Origin: Nemertoderma westbladi
Lineage: Eukaryota; Animalia; Xenacoelomorpha
Direction of reading: 5' to 3'
DNA length: 64,000 nt
Assembly (NCBI GenBank): GCA_032718475.1
Contig: JAUCBJ010002273.1
Location: forward strand, 1-64,000
In this document: piece by piece, positions 46,656 to 60,052 of the stretch
How the letters are laid out: each line of letters starts with the position of its first letter
Position numbering within the stretch: the first letter of the stretch is position 1
Position numbers and translations under genes: made by a program
Notes under the pieces: model-generated
The model's database searches: none
Told to the model about the DNA's origin: nothing
What the model saw: only the letters and a program-made list of their open reading frames with translations

Positions 46656-49108
46656 ATTTGTAATATTTACGAACATGTAATGAAACGCCAATTTTGTTAT
46701 AAAATGTTCGGCATGCGCCAGATGCTAAATATGTAAACAATTTGCCAATGTGGTTATTAAAAGTCTACATATCGCCAGGTTACTGTATATGTAAAATGGT
46801 TTCAGTACGTCCAGAATAATGGTATGGTTAAATTTGCGTTTTATGGTGTTTTGGTTTCATGTTATGGTTCTGTTTCAAGATATGGTTCTGATTCGGGTAA
46901 GTCTTTAGATCTCTTAAGGTCACAGCGCAGGTGATATCGGTATGGTTTTGCCTATGATTTTGTTAAGGTCCATGTATGTTATGGTTCAGTTTATGTAAAT
47001 AATGTGGCCTTCGAAACAAATTACAGTACACTGGACTGGACATTCCTAAATATTACCCGCAGAATTATTCTGCTCATTGAATATTTTGGTATCTGAATAT
47101 TTTGGTATCTATCTATCTGACTTATTAATTTGTTTTATATGGGAATTTGAATTGAAGCGCCACTTTAGTTGTAAAATGTTTACAGTGTGCCAACAATAAA
47201 TAGGTCAACAATTTGCCAAATTCGTGAATAAACTCGTCTCCATCACTAGACTGGTTGCGCTCGTGTCCTGTTTCGCATCACAAATTAAGGCATTCTCAAG
47301 AGGCAGCCCAAGAGATGACAGTAAGAGTGAAGCCTCAAAGGGGGAAGGAACGGCCCACGAAACGAATAGAGTTATGGACAGTGACTATCCACTGGGAAGC
47401 AGCACCACAAACTTGCGCCAATCACGCTTCTGTATTGAATTTTTGTATATGGCTGTTTGGTATAACTGGTACATGCGATGCAGCCTGCACTATAAAAAGA
47501 CTAAATTAGATCCTAAAAAACCTGGTGAACCTAGCAAACTTCTTAGGCTTCTTATGCGAACATAAATCGTAAATTGTTGATAATTTACTGTAGGTTCCGT
47601 ATTTTTACTTAGGCCTATATACCACAATAAATTCCATTAATAGTCACCCCATGAGTTTATAGCTTTAATTAATATTATGTTCATTTTAATTGTTTATATT
47701 AAAAATGGTTTATTGCTAGCCAGGGTGCCAAATAGAATTATAAATCGTTCACCCAGGAACATATGATTTTTTCGTTACATGAAATACAAGAGATGATAGG
47801 ATGATTAATAATATGTTAATAATTGGTGCTAGGAACGCTTGAATATAAACTGATAAACAAACGCCATTTATGATGATTTTTTTGGCCTTAAGTAGCATTA
47901 ACGCCGTCCTGGCGTTAAGATGACATGCCTACCAAACGCCATGATATCCCGCAGAACGCCCTCATCTTATATAAACAAGTCGCAAAAGCGCAAAAATACA
48001 TATTTCGGCATGGCGTATTTGTTAACCGCAACATCTATATATAGATATGGATAACTTGTCCATGACGAGCCTTCGCTTTTGCGTCTGTTCGAAATTGCTA
48101 TAACACTAAATTACGCAACATTTCAACTACAATGGAATTCCAATAGTAACTATATTATCTACCCACTTGTTTTTGTTCTATCGAATTTCGCCCAATAGGA
48201 AAAAGATATATTTTACATGTTATATTTTCATAATTATTTATAACATAATATAAACAAAGGAGAGCAGTGGCTTTTCTGGACCACAAAAGATGTATATCCA
48301 ATGTCCCTATAGAGCCAAAAATATATATAATTTTTTCAAAGACGAATCATGAAATTTCAGATATTGGAATCAAATATTAATAGAGAGATCTAAAATATGC
48401 GATAAATTCTGTTTCTGGAACGTAAAATATTTTTCTAATATATCTTTCATTATCATGACAAACATAGCAGTACAGTACACTACATAGTTCGTAGCATTTG
48501 TGGAACTTTCTAGGATTATCAAGAATAATGGATTTTCACGATACATAATTTTATTTTTTGTGCTTGAAACTACTTCAATGTTTCTCATTTTTGCCATACA
48601 GTACCTACTATATTCGACATTTTAAAGTTGTTATTTTGATTTCAGCCTTTCAAAAAATATAAATTTACTAAAATATGTATTTTCGATTTTTCGAACAAAA
48701 TAGTGGCTTTTTATAGGGACACGATTATATATATGATTTTTGAGTAGACAAAGACAGTGTTTATTAATATTTAAGTTTGAAATGTTCGAATATCACGAAT
48801 TATAAACCTGTATAGTGTATGGCTGCGCATTGGACACATCACCATTGTATTGAATAGTGCAGCAAAAATGGGGTATTTGGGGTTTCACTAAATTTGAAAC
48901 TTTGAAGCTTTGGAGTATTGAAACTTCAATGCTTCTCTTTTTTCCCATAATTTTTCCGAATTATCAGTTTCCAAAAAAACCCATAATATTACACCTTTAA
49001 TTACAGTTGCAACAGCTCATTTCCAATTTATTTTAATTAATAGCTATACCCCGCCTACCGGTAGATAATGCAGTAGGCCTATCTGACAGTCAGGTAAATT
49101 TCCACCTA

Positions 49109-49193
49109 TTGTTTACGTGGTAACCATGACGGCGTTAAGTAATGTCCACTAGGGGGACATTACTTAACGCAGTCATGGTTACCACGTAAACAA
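49109..49193. repeat. 85-bp near-perfect hairpin
   Basis: TTGTTTACGTGGTAACCATGACGGCGTTAAGTAATGTCC / GGACATTACTTAACGCAGTCATGGTTACCACGTAAACAA, one mismatch, short loop. Confidence 0.85.
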
Positions 49194-50045
49194 CAACACC
49201 AAATACAATACTAAATATACAGGCCAATACAATGCTGTAATGTCTTCTAAAGTTGTGAAGTGCTAAATAACAACTCGCTGCTACAGTAATACTAACGGCG
49301 TTGAGTAATGTTACAATTTTGGAATAAAATACATTTACTTCTACAATTATGGTAACAGCGCAACAGCCCCTGCTATAGTAATTAACTGCTCTACTGCTCA
49401 GAGTTTAAAAAACAATAACTGAAGTTCAATGTCAGTGAATTTAGTAACAATGATGATGATCCCTCTGTGTAATTACATGTAAACCGGTAAAATTCATGGT
49501 TTTCAAGTCAAAGAATGGTTTCCATAGTTTAAATATTACATTATTTATTGATTTCAAATTTTTAATTTGCACCTCCTTTACAAGTTATTGGAATTGGGGG
49601 CCCCAAAAAGTCGGGGGGGGGGGGGGGGGCTAGGCTATAGCCTAGCTAGCCTAGGCCTTAATCCAGCCCTGTCTACATCGATCAAAAAACAGAACATCTC
49701 CAAATAAATTAACATTAAATGATAATAATAAAATCGAACCCGAGATTACTGATACCAAAGAGATTTGCTGATTTAGTATTTTATTTTTTATTACTGTAGT
49801 ATGAGAAATAAGAATTTGTTATTACAGTACTATAATAATTATTTTGGTAGTGCCTGAAATTGGAATATATGTAGATCACACGTCCATTGTCTTTATGAGG
49901 ATGGTGACCGGTCTCATGTTCTGCAGTCTGCAGATAGAGGGCGAAATGTCTGAAATTCCAAATTGACAATAAAATGTAAGTTTATATATATATGAGTACT
50001 GTAGTAGGCCTAGCTGGTAATTAACACCACACAATTTACTGGAAA

Positions 50046-50723
50046 TCAGTAGAAGTTCAGGTTAATTGTTACTGCCACCAAAACAGAAGCCACAGCTCCA
50101 TTGAGTTTATTTCCCCAGCTTGATATCGTTGTGTATGTTTCAGCTGTTGATGGAGGTTCTGTTGTAACCGGTTGTGTAACACTGGTACTTGTAGCAACAG
50201 GATCAAACCCACGATGGTTCCAATTCACTGACCCGTTGGTGAACAGGTAGTCCTGTTCCCACTCTCGTTCCCCAACTCTGTTGCAGGCATCTGACCCGTT
50301 GCAGCAAACTGCTTGGCAACTTGGATGTGTGAGCTGGGCGTTGTAGTCTTCATCAACACGAGGTCCTCTCGGATGCAAATCTTCCCATTTCATCGTGCAT
50401 TCGTCTTCATTGATGAAATCCTCACATACCTCTTCCATGATGCAGGATTGTATTTTGGTGTACAACAAACCTTTGATCACTTCGCCGTTTAAAAAGTACA
50501 ATCCTGGCAATTGAGTGAAGAACACTCGACAGGAAGTACACCCTGTTTCAGTGACACCTGGGCGTTCCTCGAACCAGGGGATGCCAGGCATGATATCTGG
50601 GCGAGCTGACTTATAAGTAACCATTGTTTGTTCGTCCAAACAATCCAAAGAAGAAACCACTACAACTTTCTCTGTAACTATATAAACAGCTACCAATAGA
50701 ATTTGAAGATATTTAATATCCAT
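50046..50723 (-). CDS. GPI-anchored Ly6/uPAR (three-finger, quiver-like) protein
   Basis: Signal peptide from the ATG at 50723 (MDIKYLQILLVAVYIV). Ten Cys from LDC to CCNGSDACN, S/T-rich stalk, hydrophobic C-terminal GPI-type signal. Confidence 0.75.
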   Translation of the reverse strand: MDIKYLQILLVAVYIVTEKVVVVSSLDCLDEQTMVTYKSARPDIMPGIPWFEERPGVTETGCTSCRVFFTQLPGLYFLNGEVIKGLLYTKIQSCIMEEVCEDFINEDECTMKWEDLHPRGPRVDEDYNAQLTHPSCQAVCCNGSDACNRVGEREWEQDYLFTNGSVNWNHRGFDPVATSTSVTQPVTTEPPSTAETYTTISSWGNKLNGAVASVLVAVTINLNFY

Positions 50724-51179
50724 GATGACATTTATGTCTTCCCAATTATTGATGATCGACAACCTTAAATAATCATGTGCCCTAAATCTTACACCCACTA
50801 ATTAATTAATGTAATAACTCAATAACTTGCAACCACAACATGTATTGGGCGAATGTCTCTTTTTTCCAGGCAGGTTATCGCAACTTCTACTAAAAGTGAG
50901 TTCTTACAGCATCAAAGGTAAATAAACGTGATATGAAATTAAAGTACTGTACATATGCTCCACCTCCAGCAAATACTAAAAAATAATATTTAAATAATTT
51001 ATTTATTTGGTACTCACCAAAGAAAAATATGACAAATATTATTTAATATATATATATTATTATATTTATTATTATATTATATTATTTTATTTTATTATAT
51101 ATTATTATATATAATATATTATTTAATTTTTGCGCAGCCACTAATGGGACATCTTTCCAATTTTTTTCCGACATAATTA

Positions 51180-54100
51180 GTGGGGATCCCGAGATAGTAT
51201 CTCGGGGCCCAGACTTATTATCTCGGGATCCCGAGATACAATCTCGGGATCCCGAGATAATAAGTCGGGATCCTGAGATAATAAGTCGGGATCCCGAGAT
51301 AATAAGTCGGGATCCTGAGATAGTAAATCGGGATCCCGAGATAGTAATTCGGGATCCCTAGATAGTAATTCGGGATCCCGAGATAATAAGTCGGGATCCT
51401 GAGATAATAAATGGGGATCCCGCGATAGTAACTCGGGATCCCGAGATAGTAACTCGGGATCCCGAGATAATATGTCGGGGCCCCGAGATAATAATTCGGG
51501 ATCCCGAGATAGTAATTCGGGATCCCTAGATAGTAATTCGGGATCCCGAGATAATAAGTCGGGATCCCGAGATAGTAATTCGGGATCCCGAGATAGTAAC
51601 TCGGGATCCCGAGATAGTAATTCGGGATCCCGAGATAGTAACTCGGGGTACCGAGATTGTAACTCGGGATCCCGAGATAATATGTCGGGGCCCCGAGATA
51701 TTAAGTCGGGATACTGAGATAATAAGTGGGGTTCCCGAGATAGTAACTCGGGATCCCGAGATAGTAATTCGGGATCCCGAGATAGTAATTCGGGATCCCG
51801 AGATAATAAGTCGGGATCCTGAGATAATAAATGGGGATCCCGAGATAGTAACTCGGGATCCCGAGACAGTAACTCGGGATCCCGAAATAATATGTCAGGG
51901 CCCCGAGATAATAAGTCGGGATCCTGAGATAATAAGTCGGGCTCCTGAGATAATAAGTGGAGATCCCGAGATAGCAACTTTGGATCCCGAGATAGTAATT
52001 CGGGATCCCGAGATAGTAACTCGGGATCCCGAGATAGTAATTCGGGATCCCGAGATAGTAACTCGGGATCCCGAGATAGTAACTCGGGATCCCGAGATAG
52101 TAAGTCGGGATCCCGAGATAGTAACTCGGGATCCCGAGATAATAAGTCGGGATCCCGAGATAATAAGTCGGGATCCTGAGATAGTAACTCGGGATCCCGA
52201 GATAGTAATTCGGGATCCCGAGATAGTAACTCGGGATCCCGAGATAGTAACTCGGGATCCCGAGATAATAAGTCGTGATCCCGAGATAATAAGTCGTGAT
52301 CCCGAGATAATAAGTCGGGATCCCGATATAGTAACTCGGGATCCCGAGATAATAAGTCGTGATCCCGAGATAATAAGTCGGGATCCCGAGATAGTAACTC
52401 GGGATCCCGAGATAATAAGTCGTGATCCCGAGATAATAAGTCGGGATCCCGAGAAAATAATTTGGGATCCCGAGATAGTAACTCGGGATCCCGAGATAGT
52501 AATTCGGGATCCCAAGATAGTAACTCGGGATCCCGAGATAGTAACTCGGGATCCCGAGATAATAAGTCGTGATCCCGAGATAATGAGTCGGGATCCTGAG
52601 ATAATAAGTGGGGATACCGAGATAGTAACTCGGGATCCCGAGATAGTAATTCGGGATGCCGAGATAGTAATTCGGAATCCCGAGATAATAAGTCGGGATC
52701 CTGAGATAATAAGTGGGGATCCCGAGATAGTAACTCGGGATCCCGAGATAGTAATTCGGGATGCCGAGATAGTAATTCGGGATCCCGAGATAATAAGTCG
52801 GGATCCTGAGATAATAAGTGGGGATCCCGATATAGTAACTCGGGATCCCGAGATAATAAATCGGGATCCTGAGATAATAAGTGGGGATCCCGATATAATA
52901 AGTCGGGGCCCCGAGATAATAAGTCGGAATCCCGAGATAGTAACTCGGGATCCCGAGATAATAAGTCGGGATCCCGATATAATAAGTGGGGATCCCGAGA
53001 TAATAAGTCGAGGCCCCGAGATAATAAGTCGGGATCCCGAGATAATAGGTCGGGATCCCGAGATAATAAGTAGGGATCCCGAGATAATAAGTCGAGGCCC
53101 CGAGATAATAAGTGGGGATCCCGAGGTAATAAGTCGGGATCCCGAGATAATAAGTGGGGATCCCGAGATAATAAGTCGAGGCCCCGAGATAATAAGTCGG
53201 GATCCCGAGATAATAAGTCGGGATCCCGAGATAATAAGTGGGGATCCCGAGATAATAAATCGGGATCCCGAGATAATAAGTCGAGGCCCCGAGATAATAA
53301 GTCGGGATCCCGAGATAATAAGTGAGGATCCTGAGATAATAAATGGGGATCCCGAGATAGTAAGTCGGGATCCCGAAATAATAAGTGGGGATCCTGAGAT
53401 AATAAGTCGAGGCCCCGAGATAATAAGTCGGGATCCCGAGATAATAAGTCGGGATCCTGAGATAATAAGTGGGGATCCTGAGATAATAAGTCGGGGCCCC
53501 GAGATAATGAATCGGGATCCCGAGATAATAAGTCGGGATCCCGAGATAATAAGTCGGGATCCCGAGATAGTAAGTCGGGATCGCGAGATAATAAGTCGAG
53601 GCCCCGAGATAATAAGTCGGGATCCCGAGATAATAAGTGAGAATCCTGAGATAATAAATGGGGATCCCGAGATAGTAAGTCGGGATCCCGAGATAATAAG
53701 TCGAGGCCCCGAGATAATAAGTCGGGATCCCGAGATAATAAGTGAGGATCCTGAGATAATAAATCGGGATCCCGAGATAGTAACTCGGGATCCCGAGATA
53801 ATAAGTCGGGATCCCGAGATAATAAGTCGAGGCCCCGAGATAATAAGTCGGGATCCCGAGATAATAAGTCGGGATCCCGAGATAATAAGTCGGGATCCCG
53901 AGATAATAAGTGAGGATCCTGAGATAATAAATGGGGATCCCGACATAGTAAGTCAGGATCCAGAGATAATAAGTCGGGGCCCCGAGATAATAAGTCGGGA
54001 TCCCGAGATAATAAGTCGGGATCCCGAGATAATAAGTCGGGATCCCGAGATAATAAGTCGGGATCCCGAGATAATAAGTCGGGATCCCGAGATAATAAGT

Positions 54101-57100
54101 GGGGATCCCGAGATAATAAGTCGAGGCCCCGAGATAATAAGTCGGGATCCCGAGATAATAAGTCGGGATCCCGAGATAATAAGTCGGGGCCCCGAGATAA
54201 TGAATCGGGATCCCGAGATAATAAGTCGGGATCCCGAGATAATAAGTCGGGATCCCGAGATAGTAAGTCGGGATCGCGAGATAATAAGTCGAGGCCCCGA
54301 GATAATAAGTCGGGATCCCGAGATAATAAGTGAGAATCCTGAGATAATAAATGGGGATCCCGAGATAGTAAGTCGGGATCCCGAGATAATAAGTCGAGGC
54401 CCCGAGATAATAAGTCGGGATCCCGAGATAATAAGTGAGGATCCTGAGATAATAAATCGGGATCCCGAGATAGTAACTCGGGATCCCGAGATAATAAGTC
54501 GGGATCCCGAGATAATAAGTCGAGGCCCCGAGATAATAAGTCGGGATCCCGAGATAATAAGTCGGGATCCCGAGATAATAAGTCGGGATCCCGAGATAAT
54601 AAGTGAGGATCCTGAGATAATAAATGGGGATCCCGACATAGTAAGTCAGGATCCAGAGATAATAAGTCGGGGCCCCGAGATAATAAGTCGGGATCCCGAG
54701 ATAATAAGTCGGGATCCCGAGATAATAAGTCGGGATCCCGAGATAATAAGTCGGGATCCCGAGATAATAAGTCGGGATCCCGAGATAATAAGTGGGGATC
54801 CCGAGATAATAAGTCGAGGCCCCGAGATAATAAGTCGGGATCCCGAGATAATAAGTCGGGATCCCGAGATAATAAGTCGGGATCCCGAGATAATAAGTCG
54901 GGATCCCGAGATAATAAGTCGGGATCCCGAGATAGTAACTCGGGATCCCGAGAAAATAAGTCGGGATCCCGAGATAATAAGTCGGGATCCCGAGATAATA
55001 AGTCGGGATCCCGAGATAGTAACTCGGGATCCCGAGATAATAAGTCGGGATCCCGAGATAATAAGTCGGGATCCCGAGATAATAAGTCGGGATCCCGAGA
55101 TAATAAATCGGGATCCCGAGATAATAAGTCGAGGCCCCGAGATAATAAGTCGGGATCCCGAGATAATAAGTCGGGATCCCGAGATAATAAGTGGGGATCC
55201 CGAGATAATAAGTCGAGGCCCCGAGATAATAAGTCGGGATCCCGAGATAATAAGTGAGGATCCTGAGATAATAAATGGGGATCCCGAGATAGTAAGTCGG
55301 GATCCCGAGATAATAAGTGGGGATCCTGAGATAGTAAGTAAGGATCCAGAGATAATAAGTCGGGATCCCGAGATAATAAGTCGGGATCCCGAGATAGTAA
55401 CTCGGGATCCCGAGATAATAAGTCGGGATCCCGAGATAATAAGTCGGGATCCCGAGATAGTAACTCGGGATCCCGAGATAATAAGTCGGGATCCCGAGAT
55501 AATAAGTCGGGATCCCGAGATAATAAGTCGGGATCCCGAGATAATAGGTCGGGATCCCGAGATAATAAGTGGGGATCCCGAGATAATAAGTCGAGGCCCC
55601 GAGATAATAAGTCGGGATCCCGAGATAATAAGTGGGGATCCCGAGATAATAAGTCGAGGCCCCGAGATAATAAGTCGGGATCCCGAGATAATAAGTGAGG
55701 ATCCTGAGATAATAAATGGGGATCCCGAGATAGTAAGTCGGGATCCCGAGATAATACGTCGGGATCCTGAGATAATAAGTGGGGATCCCGAGATAACAAG
55801 TCGAGGCCCCGAGATAATAAGTCGGGATCCCGAGATAATAAGTGAGGATCCTGAGATAATAAATGGGGATCCCGAGATAGTAACTCGGGATCCCGAGATA
55901 ATAAGTCGGGATCCCGAGATAATAAGTCGGGATCCCGAGATAATAAGTCGGGATCCCGAGATAATAAGTCGGGATCCCGAGATAATAAGTGGGGATCCTG
56001 AGATAATAAGTGGGGATCCCGAGATAATAAGTCGGGATCCCGAGATAATAGGTCGGGATCCCGAGATAATAAGTGGGGATCCCGAGATAATAAGTCGAGG
56101 CCCCGAGATAATAAGTCGGGATCCCGAGATAATAAGTCGGGATCCCGAGATAATAAGTGGGGATCCTGAGATAATAATTGGGGATCCCGAGATAGTAAGT
56201 CGGGATCCCGAGATAATAAGTGGGGATCCCGAGATAGTAACTCGGGATCCCGAAATAATAAGTCTGGATCCCGAGATAATAAGTGGGGATCCCGAGATAA
56301 TAAGTGGGGATCCCGAGGTAATAAGTCGGGATCCCGAGATAATAAGTGGGGATCCCGAGATAATAAGTCGGGATCCCGAGATAATAAGTCGGTATCCCGA
56401 GATAATAAGTCGGGATCCTGAGATAATAAGTCGGGATCCCGAGATAATAAGTCGGGGCCACCGAAATAATAAGTCGGGATCCCGAGATAATACGTCGGGA
56501 TCCTGAGATAATAAGTGGGGATCCCGAGATAGTAACTCGGGATCCCGAGATAATAAGTCGGGATCCCGAGATAATAAGTCGGGATCCCGAGATAATAAGT
56601 CGGGGCCCCGAGATAATAAATCGGGATCCCGAGATAATAAGTCGGGATCCCGAGATAATAAGTCGGGATCCCGAGATAATAAGTCGGTATCCCGAGATAA
56701 TAAATCGGGATCCCGAGATAATAAGTCGGGATCCCGAGATAGTAAGTCGGGATCCCGAGATAATAAGTGGGGATCCCGAGATAATAAGTGGGGATCCTGA
56801 GATAATAAGTGGGGATCCCGAGATAATAAGTGGGGATCCTGAGATAATAAGTGGGGATCCCGAGATAATAAGTGGGGATCCCGAGATAGTAACTCGGGAT
56901 CCCGAAATAATAAGTCTGGATCCCGAGATAATAAGTGGGGATCCCGAGATAATAAGTGGGGATCCCGAGGTAATAAGTCGGGATCCCGAGATAATAAGTG
57001 GGGATCCCGAGATAATAAGTCGGGATCCCGAGATAATAAGTCGGTATCCCGAGATAATAAGTCGGGATCCTGAGATAATAAGTCGGGATCCCGAGATAAT

Positions 57101-57200
57101 AAGTCGGGGCCCCGAAATAATAAGTCGGGATCCCGAGATAATACGTCGGGATCCTGAGATAATAAGTGGGGATCCCGAGATAGTAACTCGGGATCCCGAG
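51180..57200. repeat. 21-bp tandem satellite (~285 units) with a palindromic BamHI core
   Basis: Unit GGGATCCCGAGATAATAAGTC and variants, core TCGGGATCCCGA. The first units are partly inverted. Confidence 0.98.
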
Positions 57201-57754
57201 TGTTCGCGCTTTTGAAGACCTTTAGCAGTTTAACCTGCCAAATTTTATATGTCTTTTAGTTAATTAAAACACCTTTAGCATACGACAATATTTTATGCTA
57301 ATACACAAAACATTAGCCGAAGTCAGCCCATGCGCGATCATTCACCCGATGGATCTACACCCGGGAGGCTGAATTCGGATGCTTAAATTTTATTATTGCA
57401 GTGTAAGGTTGCCGTGTAAACTTACTGTATTATTCGATAGATCGTTAATAATTAATTTCTGACAGATATTATTGGCTTTCGGGAAATATTAACAGTTCCT
57501 TTAGGACGTGGCGCTCTATCTATTTAAACAGAACTAGGACTTATACTAAACGCAACGATACTGCTTATGATTAAAGTATAAAGCGCATTCTTTAGGAAAT
57601 GCTTTGTTACCAATCACAATCATGCACACTATTCTGCCGACCGTCAGTAAATTTGATCACACATAAAGAGAGCAGCAATTGACTCATGTAGGGTCTGCTA
57701 AATAACATTAGATTCAATACACACCACATTAATATAAATCGCAATTGTTATATA
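57201..57754 (-). mobile_element. 3' LTR of copy B
   Basis: Starts TGTTCGCGCTTTT (copy A has TGTACGCGCTTTT). PPT-like AGAGAGACGGGCTA (minus) at 57755-57768. The inner terminal CA has mutated to TA. Confidence 0.75.
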
Positions 57755-58487
57755 TAGCCCGTCTCTCTAACCTGTAGTGTATCAAGAAAATTGGGAATTT
57801 TGGGTGATTTATCCGTATTCTCCAAAGAGCAATATTTCCATCAACAAATAGATACAATTAATAACTGACGGTAAATGACAGTACAAACAATATGATTAAT
57901 AGTGAGTTAATTAGATCAGACAAGTCGATTGAGTTAGATTAGTGAGTTAAGGTAACAGTTTATACTTTCGATAATTTAAGCAGTTTTACTAGAGTTCTTC
58001 CCAAAAAGCCGGTGTTATGGCGAAAAAATGGGAACACAACAACAGAATCATATAAAATCATGTGACTAGAATAACTATACGAGGATACCAACTACCCTTA
58101 TTCCACGAAGCCCCGTTCAACACAGAGGATGAGCATAGAGATAGGAAATTCAGTTCAGTAGCGCTGGGATAGGTCGAAATCAACGCCCACTCAAATTCTA
58201 TTGGCCGACACGGACAGCAGTGCAGAGGCAACCTCCCTAAGCTGGCTGGCCGATTAAACTGAGCCCAGATATCTCCATACAGCACATCAGCCAATAAGCT
58301 GGTAGCTTGCACTATTTTAGTTATAAATCCCTTTGAGAGTATTCTAGCGACTGGGGGGGAACTGGCCAGCAAAGGCAAACGTATCAGTTATCCCACAAAA
58401 GCTTTTACACCGCTCCCAGAAAATGGGATTTAAGTCTATAAAATATACAAAATCACAGTTTCTAAAATATAAAAATACTCTAAACAG

Positions 58488-59837
58488 TTAGTCTTTCTTG
58501 CGCGGACGGCGTTTACGCAGTTTTTTAAAGCTAGCAAGAGTCCTTTTCTCTTTGGGGCGAGCCACTTTACGAGGAGGGCTATAACTCCTGGGTGAAGGGT
58601 GCAATATGATTGCATCAGAAGGTATGGGATTGCGATCGGTATATCCGCCGGTCGAAGTACCGGGTTGATTGACATCAACGTCCGGGGAGAGGGGTCTAAC
58701 GGCTTTGAGAGCTCGTTTCAAGACAGCCGCTCTTACGGGTCCTTTACGAGTGGTCTGAACGAGGGCCGTGGGTGGACCATAGGCAGTTAGAAACTTCCTT
58801 GGTTTAATGGTTCTTTCCAACTCGCGTTCGCGGGCTCTGTACTCGTAAGGCCGTCGATATACCTCTTGTAACTCGGGGTGTGAGTTAACAAATAAGTCTC
58901 CATAGGCCGGATCTTGACGGATAAAGTTTATTAAGTTATACGAATTGATGTCACTCGGATTAATGCTCCTGAGAAATTTGCGTACATATTTGGTTGAAAT
59001 GCATTCTCCAGGATAATAGCGATGGCGTGAATCACAATGTAAATCAGCGTTCGCTTCCCAAGCTCTGATATAACGTAGTACAATCATTTCATCTACGCTC
59101 TCTAAATCATGGTTAAAGGGACAATCAAAGCTGGCGTGTCCTTTTAATTGACAATGATGGCATCGAGTCACAAACTGGGGGCAGACAGCAAAAATGTGCA
59201 AATTATTAAGCTGACAATATGCACAATAGATTTCCATCGACGGTTGCTCGTGGAAACAGGAACAGAGATCGTTAGTGTCCATAGACGTAATATGGTCTCT
59301 CGATGCGCACAGCCGACAACGCTGTCCAGAAACACAATCGGCATGGCGACAATCGCACGCAGTGAGACACTGTGGGCCTTGATACCATTCTAGGAGGTAA
59401 TCGTTGTCGCCGTTCCGGGCGCGATAGGCTGAATCTCCTCAGATTCTAGGCATATTGGTTCGTCTTCCCAGTCTGTTACGAATATAATTTTCGTGATCTA
59501 TTCTCGGTTTATCGTTACGACTCCGCTGGGTATGATATTTAAATAGAACCATTTGCCTTTCGGTGTATACATCGTCCGTATCATGTAAATCGATAGGATG
59601 GCCGGTAGTTAGGAAGTCCATATACGTACCATTACGATGCGTATAGCGAGCGGTTAATTTTCGATAGTCCAATTCACGCGTAAGTTATTCCTGGGACATC
59701 GGCGGTTCGATATAACGACCATCGTCCTCCGTAATAGTCGGATCGGCTTCACCGCGTATCAAGCTATCCACAAACGCTTGTAAAGGTAGAGTATATCGCT
59801 CTCTAATACCAAGGTCATCTTCTATCAATTCTGTCAT
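58488..59837 (-). pseudogene. Internally deleted copy of the exonuclease/zinc-knuckle accessory gene
   Basis: N-terminus MTELIEDDLG with an in-frame TAA. ~2.8-kb deletion at ~59472 removes the exonuclease domain. 99-bp in-frame deletion at ~59008. C-terminus nearly identical to copy A. Confidence 0.9.
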
Positions 59838-59880
59838 ATCTGTTATCTGAGTTTATTAATATCAATATGAGTTAATATTT

Positions 59881-60052
59881 TAGGCAAGCGGGCGTCGCTG
59901 CCTACTAGGCTTTGCCCCCGGACAGTGGGTTTCTCAGCGCCGATGTACCGTTGTCGCAGTGTTTACGCCAACATGTAGCAACAGCACGACAACGATAACC
60001 GGCACAAGTCCCACCACTGTCCGTCCCAAAGGCTTGAATCCACTTGAGGTTA
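59881..60052 (-). promoter_or_regulatory. Conserved structured RNA element (IRES candidate), copy B
   Basis: Helix 59919-59928/60014-60023, with the same nested helices and 3' hairpin as copy A. Confidence 0.55.

Noticed and set aside
47224-47565. 113-aa ORF with a hydrophobic start
   Set aside because: GTG start, no recognisable domain, and only a faint resemblance to decayed retroelement sequence.
51177-56506. 1500-aa ORFs on both strands
   Set aside because: Translations of a stop-poor 21-bp satellite. Several frames are open at once and there is no unique sequence.
51180-57200. CRISPR-like look (palindromic repeat plus variable linker)
   Set aside because: Linkers are 7-9 nt variants of one consensus, not unique spacers. 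No cas genes, and the context is eukaryotic.
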